Shown piece by piece: positions 40,334 to 55,650 of a stretch of 64,000 nucleotides of DNA. The stretch comes from Dictyostelium discoideum (taxonomy: Eukaryota), in contig CM000155.2 of assembly GCA_000004695.1 (NCBI GenBank), positions 2,368,001 through 2,432,000 of the forward strand, written 5' to 3'. Made by a program: the position numbers and the translations under genes. Every line of letters begins with the position of its first letter. Within the stretch, counting starts at the first letter, position 1. The notes below the pieces were generated by a model that had not been told where the DNA came from, ran no database searches, and worked only from the letters and a program-made list of their open reading frames with translations.

Positions 40334-40937
40334 TTTTTTTTTTTTTTATTTTTTTTTTTATTTATTTTTTATTTTTTATTTTTTATTTATTGTAGTTTTA
40401 ATATTTTTATGTGAATTGAAAAATAAAAATAAATAAAAAAAATAAAATTATGATAGCAATAAGGATTTTATTTTTTTTTTTAATTTTTTTTTTTTTTATA
40501 TGGATATTATTTAATTACTAGTAATAATTATTGTTATTAGTATTCTATTATACTAGAAAAAATAAAATGAAAATCTATAAAATATTTATGTATATATATA
40601 TATATATATAATAATTTTTTTTTTTTTTTTTTTTTGATATTTTTATAACTTTAAAGAGTTTAAGGAAATTTTTTTTTTTTTTTTTAATTTTTAAAAATTC
40701 TAATTAAAACTTAATTTTTTAATTAGTTTTTTTTTGAAAATTTTAAAATTTATATGTATCAATTATATAATTACAAATTAATTAATTAAATTTTACCTTT
40801 TAAAACATAAACATTCATAAACCAATTATAACAAACTGCCACAAGATAATGAATTTTTTTACATATGATAACAAAAAAAATATAAAAATATAAATATAAA
40901 ATTATATAGATCACTTTTTAGTTAATTTTAAGCTTTA

Positions 40938-40958
40938 TTGTGTGTGTGTGTGTGTGTG
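40938..40958. repeat. (TG)n dinucleotide microsatellite, with a second, shorter (TG)n at about 40994..41010.
   Basis: Read directly: 'gtgtgtgtgtgtgtgtgtgta'. Confidence 0.9.
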
Positions 40959-41636
40959 TATTGTTAATATGTAATTAAATAATTACAATTATTTGTGTGT
41001 GTGTGGGTGTGATACTATTATTTTTAGTTGTGTGGTAAAGAGATTATTATTATTATTTTTTTTTTATTTTTTTTAAAAAAAAAGGACACTGTGAGTGAAT
41101 TATTAATAAATAAAAATTAAAATTAAAATAAATTTAAATACACCGTGAGTGAATTATTAATAAATTATGAAAATAGGTATAGGCTGGGATTATAAATGAA
41201 TTTATAATAAAATGATTACAATTAAGAATACACGTAGGAAATTTAGTTTCTCGAGTAGCTATTAACAGTCGTAATGAGCCAAGAAAAACACAAGATTGAA
41301 TAAAATATCTTATTATTGTCTTTTAAAATTAATATTGATGAAATAACTCTAAATTATATCATTAATATATGAAAATGAAAAATAAAAATAATAATTTCTT
41401 TTAATAGAAAAATAAAAATAAAAATAAAAAAAAAAAAAATAAATAAAATAAAAAAAAAAAAAACAAATAAATAAATAAAAAAAAATAAATTAATAAATAA
41501 AATTTTCAAATATATATATTTACCCCCCACAAAATACCACCACATTTGTTTTTACAATTTTTATTTCATTTTTTCCTTTCTTTCTTTTTTTATTATTTTT
41601 AGCTCTAGCTTAATTATATTCCAAAATTAAAGAATA

Positions 41637-41667
<31 letters not shown>

Positions 41668-41868
41668 AATGAAAAAAAGTGAAAAATCAGATGATGATGA
41701 ATCTTAACTGGTAAATAATTTTTTTTTTTTTTTTTTATTTTATCTATAAAAAGATATTTTTTTTTTTTTTTTTTCCCCCACAAATTTGTAAACAACCAAC
41801 GAAATTAAATTTAATTTTTTTTTATTTTTTTTATTTTTTTCAATTTTTTTTTAATTTATCATTTAAAT

Positions 41869-45081
<3,213 letters not shown>

Positions 45082-45793
45082 TAAATTATATTTTTAAATC
45101 TTGGGAATAAATATTTCCTTTTCTTTTTTTTAAATTAATCCTTTTTTAAATAAACGGATTAATTCCAACAAAATCTTCAAATGTATCGATTTAATTTTTT
45201 TTTTTTTTTTATTTTTTTTTTTTTTTTTAATTAATCCTTTTTTTATTTTTTTATTTTTTTTTTTTTTTTTTTTTTTTATTATTTTTTTTAATTTTTAATA
45301 TAATGGTTTTAAAATAAAAAAAATTAAATAAATTAAAAATTATAATTTTTTTTTTTTTTTTTTTTTTAATTAGATTCTTTTAAAAAAAAAATTAAAATAA
45401 TATTAAAAATAGGAATTAAATAAATTAAAATATTGATAAAATCTTGAATCTAAGGATAATGAAAAATAAAAAAAATAAAAAAAATTTATTGAATTTCCTA
45501 TTAAGTTAATTTCCTGTTTTAGTGTTTTTTTTAAAATAAAAAAAAAAAAATAATAAAAAATTAAAAATAAAATTTAAAATAAAAAAAATAAAATATAAAA
45601 ATAAAATAAAAAAAAAATTTTAATAAACTATAGTCTTCGAATGAACTAATAAAATAAAAAGTAAATATAATTATTTAAATATTTATTTTTATATACATAT
45701 ATTTAAATATTAATAAAAAAAATTTTTATTTGGGAAAAAGAAAAAAAAAAAAAAAAAAAATTGGAAAAACGATTTAAAGAAAAAAAATAAAAA

Positions 45794-46951
45794 ATGGGAA
45801 TTGAACAAGAAACTAAAGATGATTTTATTTCAATGTCACATGAAGGTGAAAGATTGAGTAAAGAAGCCAAAATTGAAGCAGATAGATTGAGTAAAGAAGC
45901 CAAAATTGAAGCAGATAGATTAAGACAAAATGTCAAATTAGAAGCTCAAGAAATAAAAAAAGATATTGAAAATCAAGCTCATAGTTCATGGGATACAGTT
46001 AAAGATGGTGCTAAATCAGTTCAAGACTATATCGTTAGTGGATTTGAAACTGTTAAACATTCAATTACAACCGATCCAGATGAATTGGCAATGGAACATT
46101 TGAAGGATAATATCAATGAAAAGATTGAAAATGTAGATAAAGAAGGTTCATCCATCCTTGGTGAAATTACCGATTTCTTTAAGGGAACCGCCGAAGAAGT
46201 CAAAATAGAAACAGATAAAATTGGTATGGGTGCATTCAATGATAGTGATCCATTTGTTGGTGATGTCCATAAAACATTCAATAAGACCACTGATAACTTA
46301 AAGGATGAAGCATCTAAACTCTCCAAAGATGCCAAATACCATTCAAATAGACTCTATGATGAATCTGGTAAAATCTACAAAGATACAAAGAATGAATCTG
46401 GTAAACTCTACAATGAAGTAAAGAAAGAATCTGGTAAACTCTTTAATGAAGCCAAGAAGGAAACCAATAAACTCTACAAAGATACCAAGAATGAAGGATC
46501 CAAATTGGCAACCGATTTAAAGAAGGATGTTGAGCAATTTGCTGATGAATCTAAAAAGATTGCTGCCGATATTAAAAACATTGCCAATGATACTTATCAA
46601 GGTATAACCAATGATGCATCAAAGAAAGCAAATGAACTTAAAAAGAAAGCAGGTGAAACTCTTGATGAATCTGCTGGTGCCATCGAACATCAACTTGATC
46701 TCTTCAAGAGAGATTTCAAATATCTTAACCAAAGAAGTGGACTTATCTATAGTGGTTTTGGTTTGGTTGGTGGTTATGGTGCTTCAAAATTCTTGGTTCC
46801 TAATGCTTCTCCAATCACTAAATTAACTTTAATGGCCGGTTTTGCCTCATTGGGTGCTTACTATGGTCTCCATCAACCATTCAATAGAACCATTGATAAT
46901 TCTCTCAATAGATTAAATAATAAAAAAGAAGAAATCAAAAAGAAATGGTAA
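45794..46951 (+). CDS. LEA-like repeat protein (11-mer/amphipathic K/E repeats: ESGKLYNEVKK, ETNKLYKDTKN...) with a C-terminal hydrophobic/Gly-rich segment.
   Basis: 385-aa ORF with a real ATG at 45794. A 33-nt tandem duplication encodes ERLSKEAKIEAD twice. The C-terminus reads GLIYSGFGLVGGYGASKFLVP...LMAGFASLGAYYGL. Confidence 0.6.
   Translation: MGIEQETKDDFISMSHEGERLSKEAKIEADRLSKEAKIEADRLRQNVKLEAQEIKKDIENQAHSSWDTVKDGAKSVQDYIVSGFETVKHSITTDPDELAMEHLKDNINEKIENVDKEGSSILGEITDFFKGTAEEVKIETDKIGMGAFNDSDPFVGDVHKTFNKTTDNLKDEASKLSKDAKYHSNRLYDESGKIYKDTKNESGKLYNEVKKESGKLFNEAKKETNKLYKDTKNEGSKLATDLKKDVEQFADESKKIAADIKNIANDTYQGITNDASKKANELKKKAGETLDESAGAIEHQLDLFKRDFKYLNQRSGLIYSGFGLVGGYGASKFLVPNASPITKLTLMAGFASLGAYYGLHQPFNRTIDNSLNRLNNKKEEIKKKW
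45849..45914 (+). repeat. In-frame 33-nt perfect tandem duplication ('agattgagtaaagaagccaaaattgaagcagat' x2) that encodes ERLSKEAKIEAD twice.
   Basis: Read directly. It is mirrored as LNLSASILASL x2 in the antisense track ORF 45703..45936. Confidence 0.9.
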
Positions 46952-47199
46952 AGAATAAAAAAAACATTTAAATTAAATGCTATTTGAAAAAAAAAAAAAA
47001 AAAAAAAAAAAAATAATAAAAAAAAAAAAAAAAAAAAAAAAAGAGATACAAAATCCAAATGCCACAAACACTGTTATGTATTTATTTTTTAAAAATTTTA
47101 TTTTTTTATTTTTGAAATTTTTAAATTTTTCTTTTCTTTTTTTTTTTTAATTTTTTTTTTTTTTTTCTTTAGCACAAATAAATATATATACGCATTTAA

Positions 47200-47583
47200 A
47201 TGAGTAATTTGCCTCCAATTGTAGATAATGAAAAAGAAGGTAGATTTGAAATGAAGTTTGATAATGGGGAAATTGCCCATTTAGATTATATCATTCACAA
47301 AGGAGGGGAGTATGATTTAACACATACATTTGTTCCAAATAGCCAAAGAGGAAAAAACATTGCATCTCTTTTATCAACTGCTGCTATGAACAAAGTTAGA
47401 GACAATCAAAAAAAGGTTGTCTTATCTTGTTCAGTATGTATTTAAATTTTTTTTAAAAATAAAAAAAATATTGGAAATCCAAAAAATATAACTCTAATAG
47501 TAAAAAAAAAGTATATCTCAGATACATGGTTACCAAAAAATCCAGATTATATCAAATATGTTATTAGATTAATTAAAAAATAA
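47200..47583 (+). CDS. NATD1/YjdJ-like mini-GNAT (N-acetyltransferase domain-containing protein 1 homolog), two exons, 101 aa.
   Basis: Exons: join(47200..47433,47512..47583). The donor is TCA|GTATGT and the acceptor is aaaaaaAG|TAT. The joined protein is ...GEYDLTHTFVPNSQRGKNIASLLSTAAMNKVRDNQKKVVLSCS-YISDTWLPKNPDYIKYV..., which matches the NATD1/YjdJ pattern (L.HTEVP...RG.GIA..L, C.Y....W..K.P.Y). Confidence 0.65.
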
Positions 47584-47987
47584 AAGTTTTTCTTTTTTTT
47601 TGTCTAATATGAATTTATAATTGTCCAAAAATAAAAAAATAAAAAAAAAAAATGAAACTATGAAGTTAGAGCAATAAATATAATGTTTTTATTTTATTTT
47701 TTTGTAGCAAATAAATAATTTATTTTTGGTTTTTTTTTTTTTTTTTTTTTTTTGGTATTGTTTAATAAAAATACATATTTTATTTTTACGAGGTGATATC
47801 ACACTTTTTTTTTTTTTTTTTTTTTTTTGTAATGGCTGTACAAGATAGGAACGATACACTATCGAACTATTAATTATTATTGCTTCTATTATTGATTTTT
47901 TTTTTTTTTGTTTTGTTTTTGTGTTGTTTTTTGTTATAATAATTAAATTATTGAATTTTTTTTTGTTTTTTTTTTTTTTTTTTTTAC

Positions 47988-48846
47988 CTAAAGGATTAAA
48001 CAATCACCACCTTTAAACTTTTTAAGGATACCACCTTTTTTATCTTTCTTTGATCTGCCTGGCTCTTTGAGTGATTTTTTGATTTCTCTAACCACTTCAA
48101 AGAAACATTCATCCACATTCAATCTTTTCTTGGCAGAGGTCTCCAAGAATGGAACAGAGAAAGATTTAGCCAATTCACTTCCTTCACCTTCAGTAACTTC
48201 ACGAAGGTTTTCTAAATCACATTTGTTACCGACTAATACAATTGGAACTTTATCATTATCTTTTACTCTAATGATTTGTTCTCTAACAACATTAATTTCT
48301 TCAAAAGAAGTTCTGGATGTTACATCATAAACACATAAGAAACCTTGACCTGTACGCATATATTGGTCTCTATATTATTTAATATTTTAAAAATATTAAT
48401 ATTTTTTTTTTTTGATCTTTTTTTTTGATTTTTATAAAAAAAAAAAACCACCAATCAAAATATATCGAGAATGAAGATAATTTGATTTGCTAAATAATTT
48501 ACTAAATTGAATAAAATCAACATACCTCATAGCACTGTAATCATCTTGACCTGCAGTATCTAAAATATCTAATAAACAAGTATCTTCATCGACTTGACAT
48601 TGTCTACGATAACTGTCCTCTGTTTTAAAATATATATGTTTTTTAAAAAAAAAGAGAAAAAAAAGAGAAAAAAAAAAATATATTAATAAAAATTCTTTAT
48701 GATTTGTGATCAAATGATTAATACAAACCTATTGTTGGATCGTATTCCTCAATAAAGTGATTTTGGATAAATTGGATAGTAAGTGCACTCTTACTGTTAA
48801 AATAATTTAAATAATTATTGTGGTTAGTTATTTAGTTTTAAATTAA

Positions 48847-48882
<36 letters not shown>

Positions 48883-48883
48883 T

Positions 48884-48914
<31 letters not shown>

Positions 48915-49005
48915 GATATTTATTTATTTATTTTCAAAAATAAAATAAAACTTACCCAACACCACCACCACCCATAACAACTAATTTATATTCATTTGAA
49001 ACTGA
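47988..49005 (-). CDS. rasB: Ras-subfamily small GTPase, four exons, ending in a CLIL CaaX box. I take it to be Dictyostelium rasB.
   Basis: Exons: complement(join(47988..48369,48526..48619,48729..48793,48956..49005)), 591 nt. The introns are GG|GTAAGT...aacAG, G|GTTTGT...aacAG and AG|GTATGT...atatAG. Product: [15 protein letters not shown](G)[108 protein letters not shown]...[21 protein letters not shown]...GGDCLIL. It has all the G1-G5 motifs, and it agrees with the RasB sequence as I recall it. Confidence 0.8.
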
Positions 49006-49706
49006 CATGGCTTTCTATAAGTAAAAAGGATATGTATAAAGTTTTGATTTTTTTTGCTGTGCGTGTTTGATTATTTCTAAATTAGTTGGAGGTTTTTTTT
49101 TTTTTTTAAAAAATATTTTTTTTTTTGTGTGAGTATAGGAATAAAAAATAAAAAAAATAAAAAAAAAAAAAAAAATTTGAAAAAAAAATAAAAAAAAAAA
49201 AAAAAAAAATTATTTTTAAAAAAAAAAATAAAATAAAAAAAAAAAATAAAAAATAAATATAAAAAATTAAAATTATCATCAAAACAAAAAATTAATTTGC
49301 GACTTACTTTTTTGATTATGACTTTTTACTATTGGAATTGTTTTATTTATTTATTTATTTTTTTATTTTATTATTTTTTTTTTTTATTTGTACTATTATT
49401 ATTTTATTTTTAAAATTTATTAGTTTTTTTTTTTTATTTTATAAAAAAAAATAAAAAAAAAAAAAAATAAAAAATTTTAATCAAAAAAAAAAAAATATTA
49501 AAATTTTTCAAAGAATTCATTGGATTGAAAGTTTTTATTCATTTTTTAAAATTTGATATTTTTGGATTGGAATGGGTGGTTCAAAAATTGAAAAAAAAAA
49601 AAAAAAAAAAAAAAAGATAGGAATGGGGTAGTTGGAAAAAAATAAAAAAATAAAAAAAAAAGGAAATTCAAAACAATGTTTTTGGATAGTTATTGAATTC
49701 CTTAAA

Positions 49707-49744
<38 letters not shown>

Positions 49745-50201
49745 CAGTATATTCAATACAATATCTTTATTATACTCAGAACCCTTGGCAAACCATCAAT
49801 CGATGTTAACTACTGGAAACATGATTGTGTGACCAAAAGCGATCAAATTAATATTCAATGGCGAAAAATACTATTACTTTCTCGACTTTATAATGACTAT
49901 CATCAAATCTCATCTCTGGAAGTCATATATTCGCTTCGAAAGATGCACTACTGAAAGAGTACTACTCAATACTTAAGAATCTATTAATTTCTTAATTAGA
50001 CAACTAAAGAATAATAAAAAACGCACCATTTGTCAAATTCAACAAAAGTCTCTTTAAATTCAAATTCCTTTATCCAAATTAATTTCTAATTCCAACTTTA
50101 AAAATCTCATACTTTTTTTTTTAATAATTAAATTTTAAACATTTGGATTATTATTTTTTTTTTTTTAAATTTTTTTTTTTAATTTTTATTATTTAAAATT
50201 T

Positions 50202-51728
50202 TTAATATCTACGACCACCATAATTTCCACCTCTATTACCGCCTCTATTACCACCACCATTTCTACCACCACCATTTCTACCACCACCACCATTTCTACC
50301 ACCACCATTTCCACCTTTCATATTTTGTCTATTTCTAATTGCGTTAATATCTAAAAATTCAGAAGGAACCTCTTGTTCGGATCTTTGTAAGAGATTAGTT
50401 AAATCACCAACCAATTCCATATCATCTAAAGAGTTATTTGAGAGAATTGAATGAGATGTACCGAGGGCACCTGCTCTACCGGTACGACCAATACGATGTA
50501 CATAAGTTTCACAATCAGAAGGTAAAGAGAAATTAATGACATGACTAATGCCTTTAATATCTAAACCTCTAGAGGCAACATCAGTTGCAACAACAATATC
50601 TAAACGTTTATTTTTGAAATCTTGAACGATTCTTTCACGTCTATTTTGATCGACATCACCGTGAAGGGTATCGATTCTAACGTTATCACCATTGGATTGA
50701 ATGTAATGTTTCAAGGTATCGGCACCTTTTTTGGTCATTGTAAAAATAAGAGTTTGTGCTTTTTCATCGGCTGAATAGATTTCACCCAATGTATCCATGA
50801 GGGCATCAACTTTGTCAGCATCGGTTGGAACGATTTTGAACTTTTGACTGATATTTTTATTGGCTGTCAATTGACTGCTACCGATTTGTAATCTAATTGG
50901 AGTTCTAATGTGTTTTTCAGCGAATGAGCTTACTTTCTTTGGCCAAGTTGCAGACCAATAGAGTACTTGTCTATCTGGACGAATTGAGTTGAAAATACCA
51001 TCAATTTGTTGTTCAAAACCCATCTCCATTAATCTATCTGCTTCATCAACGACTAAGAATGAAATATTCTTGAGGGATAAATCACCACTTTCCATAAAAT
51101 CGATAATTCTACCTGGAGTACCAACAACGATCTTTGGACGTCTAGACAATTGAAGTTGTTGAGAACGTCTTGGGGCGCCACCATAGATTGTGGCGATTTC
51201 AATATTTACCAATCTAAGATATTGTTCGGCTTCTTGATTGATTTGATTTGCCAACTCACGAGTTGGTGCAACTACTAATACCGATGGTCCTGGATAGTAG
51301 GATTGACGTGGTTGTGCCAATATATGTTCGATTGCTGGTAAAATGAATGAAAGTGTTTTACCTGAACCTGTCTTTGAAATACCCAACATATCACTACCTG
51401 ACAAGGCAATTGGCCAACCTAAACTTTGAACTGGTGTTGGTTTTTCAAATTTTTTAGATAAGAAATTTTTAATTGTACTTTGGAATGGAACTGACTCTAT
51501 GGTATCAATTGGTTTTGGTAAATAAAAATTATTTTCCTTTTTAATTGATATCTCAAACTCTTTAATAAAATCCATTGTTTCTTGTTGATCCTCTGTTGGT
51601 AAATCTATTAATCTCTTTCTAATTGGTGCCATATTTTTTAATTCATCATCCCAATTAATTTCTCTTTTTTTATTCCCAAAATTATCAAAACCATTATTTG
51701 ATTTACTATTATATCCATCATTATTCAT
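50202..51728 (-). CDS. DEAD-box RNA helicase of the DDX5/DDX17/Dbp2 family with a C-terminal RGG/GGRNGG tail.
   Basis: 508-aa single-exon ORF with a real ATG at 51728. Motifs: Q-motif FEKPTPVQSLGWPIALSG, Walker A SKTGSGKTLSFILPAIEH, PTRELANQ, DEAD (LVVDEADRLMEMGF), SAT, HRIGRTGRAG. It is followed by (GGRNGG)n repeats. Confidence 0.8.
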   Translation of the reverse strand: MNNDGYNSKSNNGFDNFGNKKREINWDDELKNMAPIRKRLIDLPTEDQQETMDFIKEFEISIKKENNFYLPKPIDTIESVPFQSTIKNFLSKKFEKPTPVQSLGWPIALSGSDMLGISKTGSGKTLSFILPAIEHILAQPRQSYYPGPSVLVVAPTRELANQINQEAEQYLRLVNIEIATIYGGAPRRSQQLQLSRRPKIVVGTPGRIIDFMESGDLSLKNISFLVVDEADRLMEMGFEQQIDGIFNSIRPDRQVLYWSATWPKKVSSFAEKHIRTPIRLQIGSSQLTANKNISQKFKIVPTDADKVDALMDTLGEIYSADEKAQTLIFTMTKKGADTLKHYIQSNGDNVRIDTLHGDVDQNRRERIVQDFKNKRLDIVVATDVASRGLDIKGISHVINFSLPSDCETYVHRIGRTGRAGALGTSHSILSNNSLDDMELVGDLTNLLQRSEQEVPSEFLDINAIRNRQNMKGGNGGGRNGGGGRNGGGRNGGGNRGGNRGGNYGGRRY

Positions 51729-51733
51729 AAAAC

Positions 51734-51764
<31 letters not shown>

Positions 51765-51897
51765 GTTATTTTGATAATTATTAGTCTCTCCAAATGATTG
51801 AGTTGATCCTTCACTTCTTCTTTGAAATGATGCAAATAATGGTTCTGTTGATCTAAATGTACTTATACTTCTTATACCATTTGTATGTTTTATTGCC

Positions 51898-51934
<37 letters not shown>

Positions 51935-52375
51935 TCAAAAATTTAATTTTATTTATTAAGAGTATATATATTTTAAATCATTACTTACATTTTTAAATAA
52001 TTTAATTCCCAACATTTTTAAAAAAATATATATGTTTAAAAATAATTATTATTAACTATTTATTTTTTCAAATATGTTGAACAAAATGAAATAAAAAACG
52101 AAAAAAATTATTTAAAAAAAACAAAAAAACGAAAAAAATATTTTTTATTTATTTTTATTTTTATTTATTTTAATTTTTTTTTTTTTATTTCGGTTTTTCA
52201 GTAACTGTAAATTGCGTGTAAAAATATCAAAACTAAAAAGCAGTAGGGGTGTTGGTTGAGAAAAAAAAAATATATATATATAAAAAAAAAAATTAAAATA
52301 ATTATTGTAAAAAATAAATAATTAAGAAATTTTTATTTTCAACTCTCTTACCAATATTCCATTATACAAAAAACT

Positions 52376-52416
<41 letters not shown>

Positions 52417-52534
52417 AAAATTAAGGTTATTTTTAGAATTATTTTAATTAAATCTTTTTTTTTTTTTATTTTTTTTTTTTATTTTTTTTTTATTTATTTT
52501 TTTTATTTATTTTTTTTTTTAATTTTTTATTTTA

Positions 52535-55498
52535 TTATCTTGGTTTTAGTTCTGATTGTGATTCTTGTGCTTTTGTAATTTGTTTGACTTTATATTTCAA
52601 AGTTTGAGTTGTTGGTAAACGATTTCTAAAGTAAATAACAGTACCAATAATAGCAGCACCACCAGCAATACCAACTACAATACCAACGATTGCACCAGTT
52701 GACAAACTTGATTTACCACCATTACCACCATTACCACCATTACCATTACCATTATTACCATCACCAACATTTCCACAACCATCACTTCTAATTAATAAAC
52801 CAAAGTTTTTACCAGAATTACTACTACTTGCGGAATAACATGATGGTAATGATTTCTCTTCTCCACTTGTTGGGTCATAGGTACCAAATTTAATTTCACC
52901 AAATCCAGTACCAGATAAATTTTCATAATTTATTAAAGTTTGATTAAATACTTGAGTTGAATTTGTTGAATTTGTAGTTGTTGGTGTTGGTGTTGGATTT
53001 AATAAACTATCAATGAAATATTGATTAATTCTAATTATTAATGTTGAATTATTAATTGTTGCATTTTTACCAATATTAATAAATGTTGAATTGGTTAAAC
53101 TATCTAAAGTGAAAATGAATTGACCATTTTCAGAATTTAATTCACCACTGACATTTAATGTACCAATGATAGCTTTATCACCAACAATACCATCGGATAC
53201 TGATAATGAGGAATTAATGGTACCAATGCCATATAAAGAACCATTTGATAAATTAATAGTTTCATCTGAGTGAACCAAAGCATCATCTAAAACTAATAAT
53301 CCACCATCTTGATTATAGGTCTTGATGGAAGTTTCTTTGGAGATTTTAACATTACCACCTTTATTAACAAATGGAACTAAAACTTGAATACCATTTTCAC
53401 CACCAAACATTTCAATAGTACCAGAGTTTATAAATGATTCGCCACCAGTATTATTAATTGGTAATACATTTGATTGTAGAATGAAATGAGCATCATTTCT
53501 TAAACTACCACCTTCATTAATGATAATATCACCCAATGTTGTAACTTCACCAAAACTATTAAATAATTGAGTATTTAAAAGTGATAATGATGAACCACTA
53601 TTTAATTTCAAAGATCCTTTCATAATTGTGATTGATGTATTATAGGTTGTCATATTTGAATTATTTTCAAGTACCATTTCACCTTCAACAATTTTCATTG
53701 ATCCAAATTCAATTAGAAAATTTGCTCCTTCATTATTTGTAAATGTACCATCAATTACATAATCACTAGTTGATGTTACTAATGTTCCATAGTTTCTAAA
53801 TTCACCACCAACTGTAACATTTGAATAGAAAATAAATAAACTACCAGTCTATTAAAATTTTTTTTTTTTAAAAAAAAAAAAGTTGTTAGTAGGTTAAACA
53901 ACCAGATGTTTTTTTTTTTTTTTTTTTATTAAAAAAAAACTTACGTTAATGAATGAACCAGTCACAGATAATAATGAATTATTAAAAATATTTGAACCAT
54001 TTAAATTTTGAGTAAAATCATAATATTGACCTTGAATATAAAATTCAGAATTTGCAACAACAAATGAGGATTTTCCAGAGAATGAAGTATAATTGGTAAC
54101 TTTAACAATTGAATTTACAACTTCAAATAATGATGAATCCATCATATTAAGTACTTGATCAATTGACATTATACTATTACTCATACTAACTCTGGAATTA
54201 TTGTAAAAAACAGATTCTTGAGCGATTGTCATTGTTGAGTCAAAAATTTCCAATGCAGAGTTATCAGATGTAAGTAAATGAGCATCTAAAATACCAACAC
54301 TTCCCATTTTAAATTGTAATAAACTATTATCACGAACAAAAAAGAATCTATTCCAATTGGATGGAATTTCTGGAATACTGATTAAAAAGGTGGAATTTTC
54401 AACATAAATCATTGAATTACCCAAAGTTGCAAATTGACTCATAATATTAATTTCAGAGTTTGAAATTAAACCACTACTTGCACCATCAAATAACAATGAT
54501 TTACCTGTTGTCAATTTGGAATTATAAAGACCCAATAAAGAATCACCATCAAATTCAACCTCATCATTAAAAGTTACATTTGAATTTTCTTTGATAAGTA
54601 TCAAACTTGTTAATGAACTTCCACTAACAATAATTTGATGTTTACAATCAAATACACTATTTAAAAAGACCAATTGACTATCAACCCATCTACTAATTGG
54701 AACTAATTTAACCAATCCAAAATCAACAATACTATTTTCAAAAGTTAATTTGGTTTTATTTCCAGTCAAGAGCATACTATTGTAAATTGATATTTTTGAA
54801 TCTTTAATATTTAAAAGTGATCCATCTTTTACTACAAATTTATTAAGAGTGTTATTGATAACAATAGTACTTTGAGAAATGACATCCCATTGAGAATAGA
54901 GATCAATAAATGCATTTTCAACCAACATTGTAGCATTTGACATGAGAAGTAGGGAGAGTGTATAGTCTAAATAAAATCCGGAAACCAAGGTATCTTGAAT
55001 AACCCAACCTACTCCACCATAAATACTAACACTTGCATTTGGAGCATAGAAATGTTTACCCAATGTTCTTAAAGTACAACCTGCGGCACAAATTAAAGTT
55101 TCAGCATCGATTCTGAAATCTGGATTTTCTAATGGATCGCCACTAATATTAAATATTACTTCTTGAGGGGCAAATTGGTCTTTGACTTGGAATAGTGCAG
55201 TTTGAATACCATATTTGGAATTAAAGTTTGTTGAATAATTAAAACCACCAACATAAATTTTAGATGCAATAGCTTTTTGATAGTGGTTGGTTACTATTTG
55301 ATTGGAAACTAATGTTAAGTATGTTTCATCATTTAATGTTGGAAGTGTTGTTTGGCTACTACTAATATAATCATACCAATTATTATTATCACTCCAATCT
55401 CCAACATTTACAGAAAAAAAAAGTTTAATATCACAACTAATAAAATTTAATAAATTTATTATTATAAATAAAAAAATTATTATATTATTATTATTCAT
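52535..55498 (-). CDS. Large type-I membrane glycoprotein, 955 aa: signal peptide, an S/T/N-rich repetitive ectodomain with very many N-x-S/T sites, a G/N-rich stalk, one TM helix and a short basic tail. Two exons.
   Basis: Exons: complement(join(52535..53848,53945..55498)), 2868 nt. The 96-nt intron runs 53849..53944 (ATTAAC|GTAAGT ... ttttaatAG|ACT). N-terminus: MNNNNIIIFLFIIINLLNFISC. TM region: AIVGIVVGIAGGAAIIGTVIYFRNR. The track ORFs 53894..55498 and 52535..53698 are the two exons. Confidence 0.65.
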
Positions 55499-55603
55499 TT
55501 TTTAATTTTAAATTATTCTTATTTTCCAATTATTTTTTTATTTTTTTTTTATTATTTTATTATTTTTTATTTTTTTATTTTTTATTTTTTTAATTATTAT
55601 TAT

Positions 55604-55650
<47 letters not shown>

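Noticed and set aside
51729-51935. Possible upstream coding exon for the DDX5-like helicase, because the N/Y-rich frame continues for a few codons above ATG 51728 and a T35 run lies at 51901..51935.
   Set aside because: About 80 residues already precede the Q-motif, there is no donor or acceptor pair, and no coding-like sequence sits further upstream. I kept the single-exon model.
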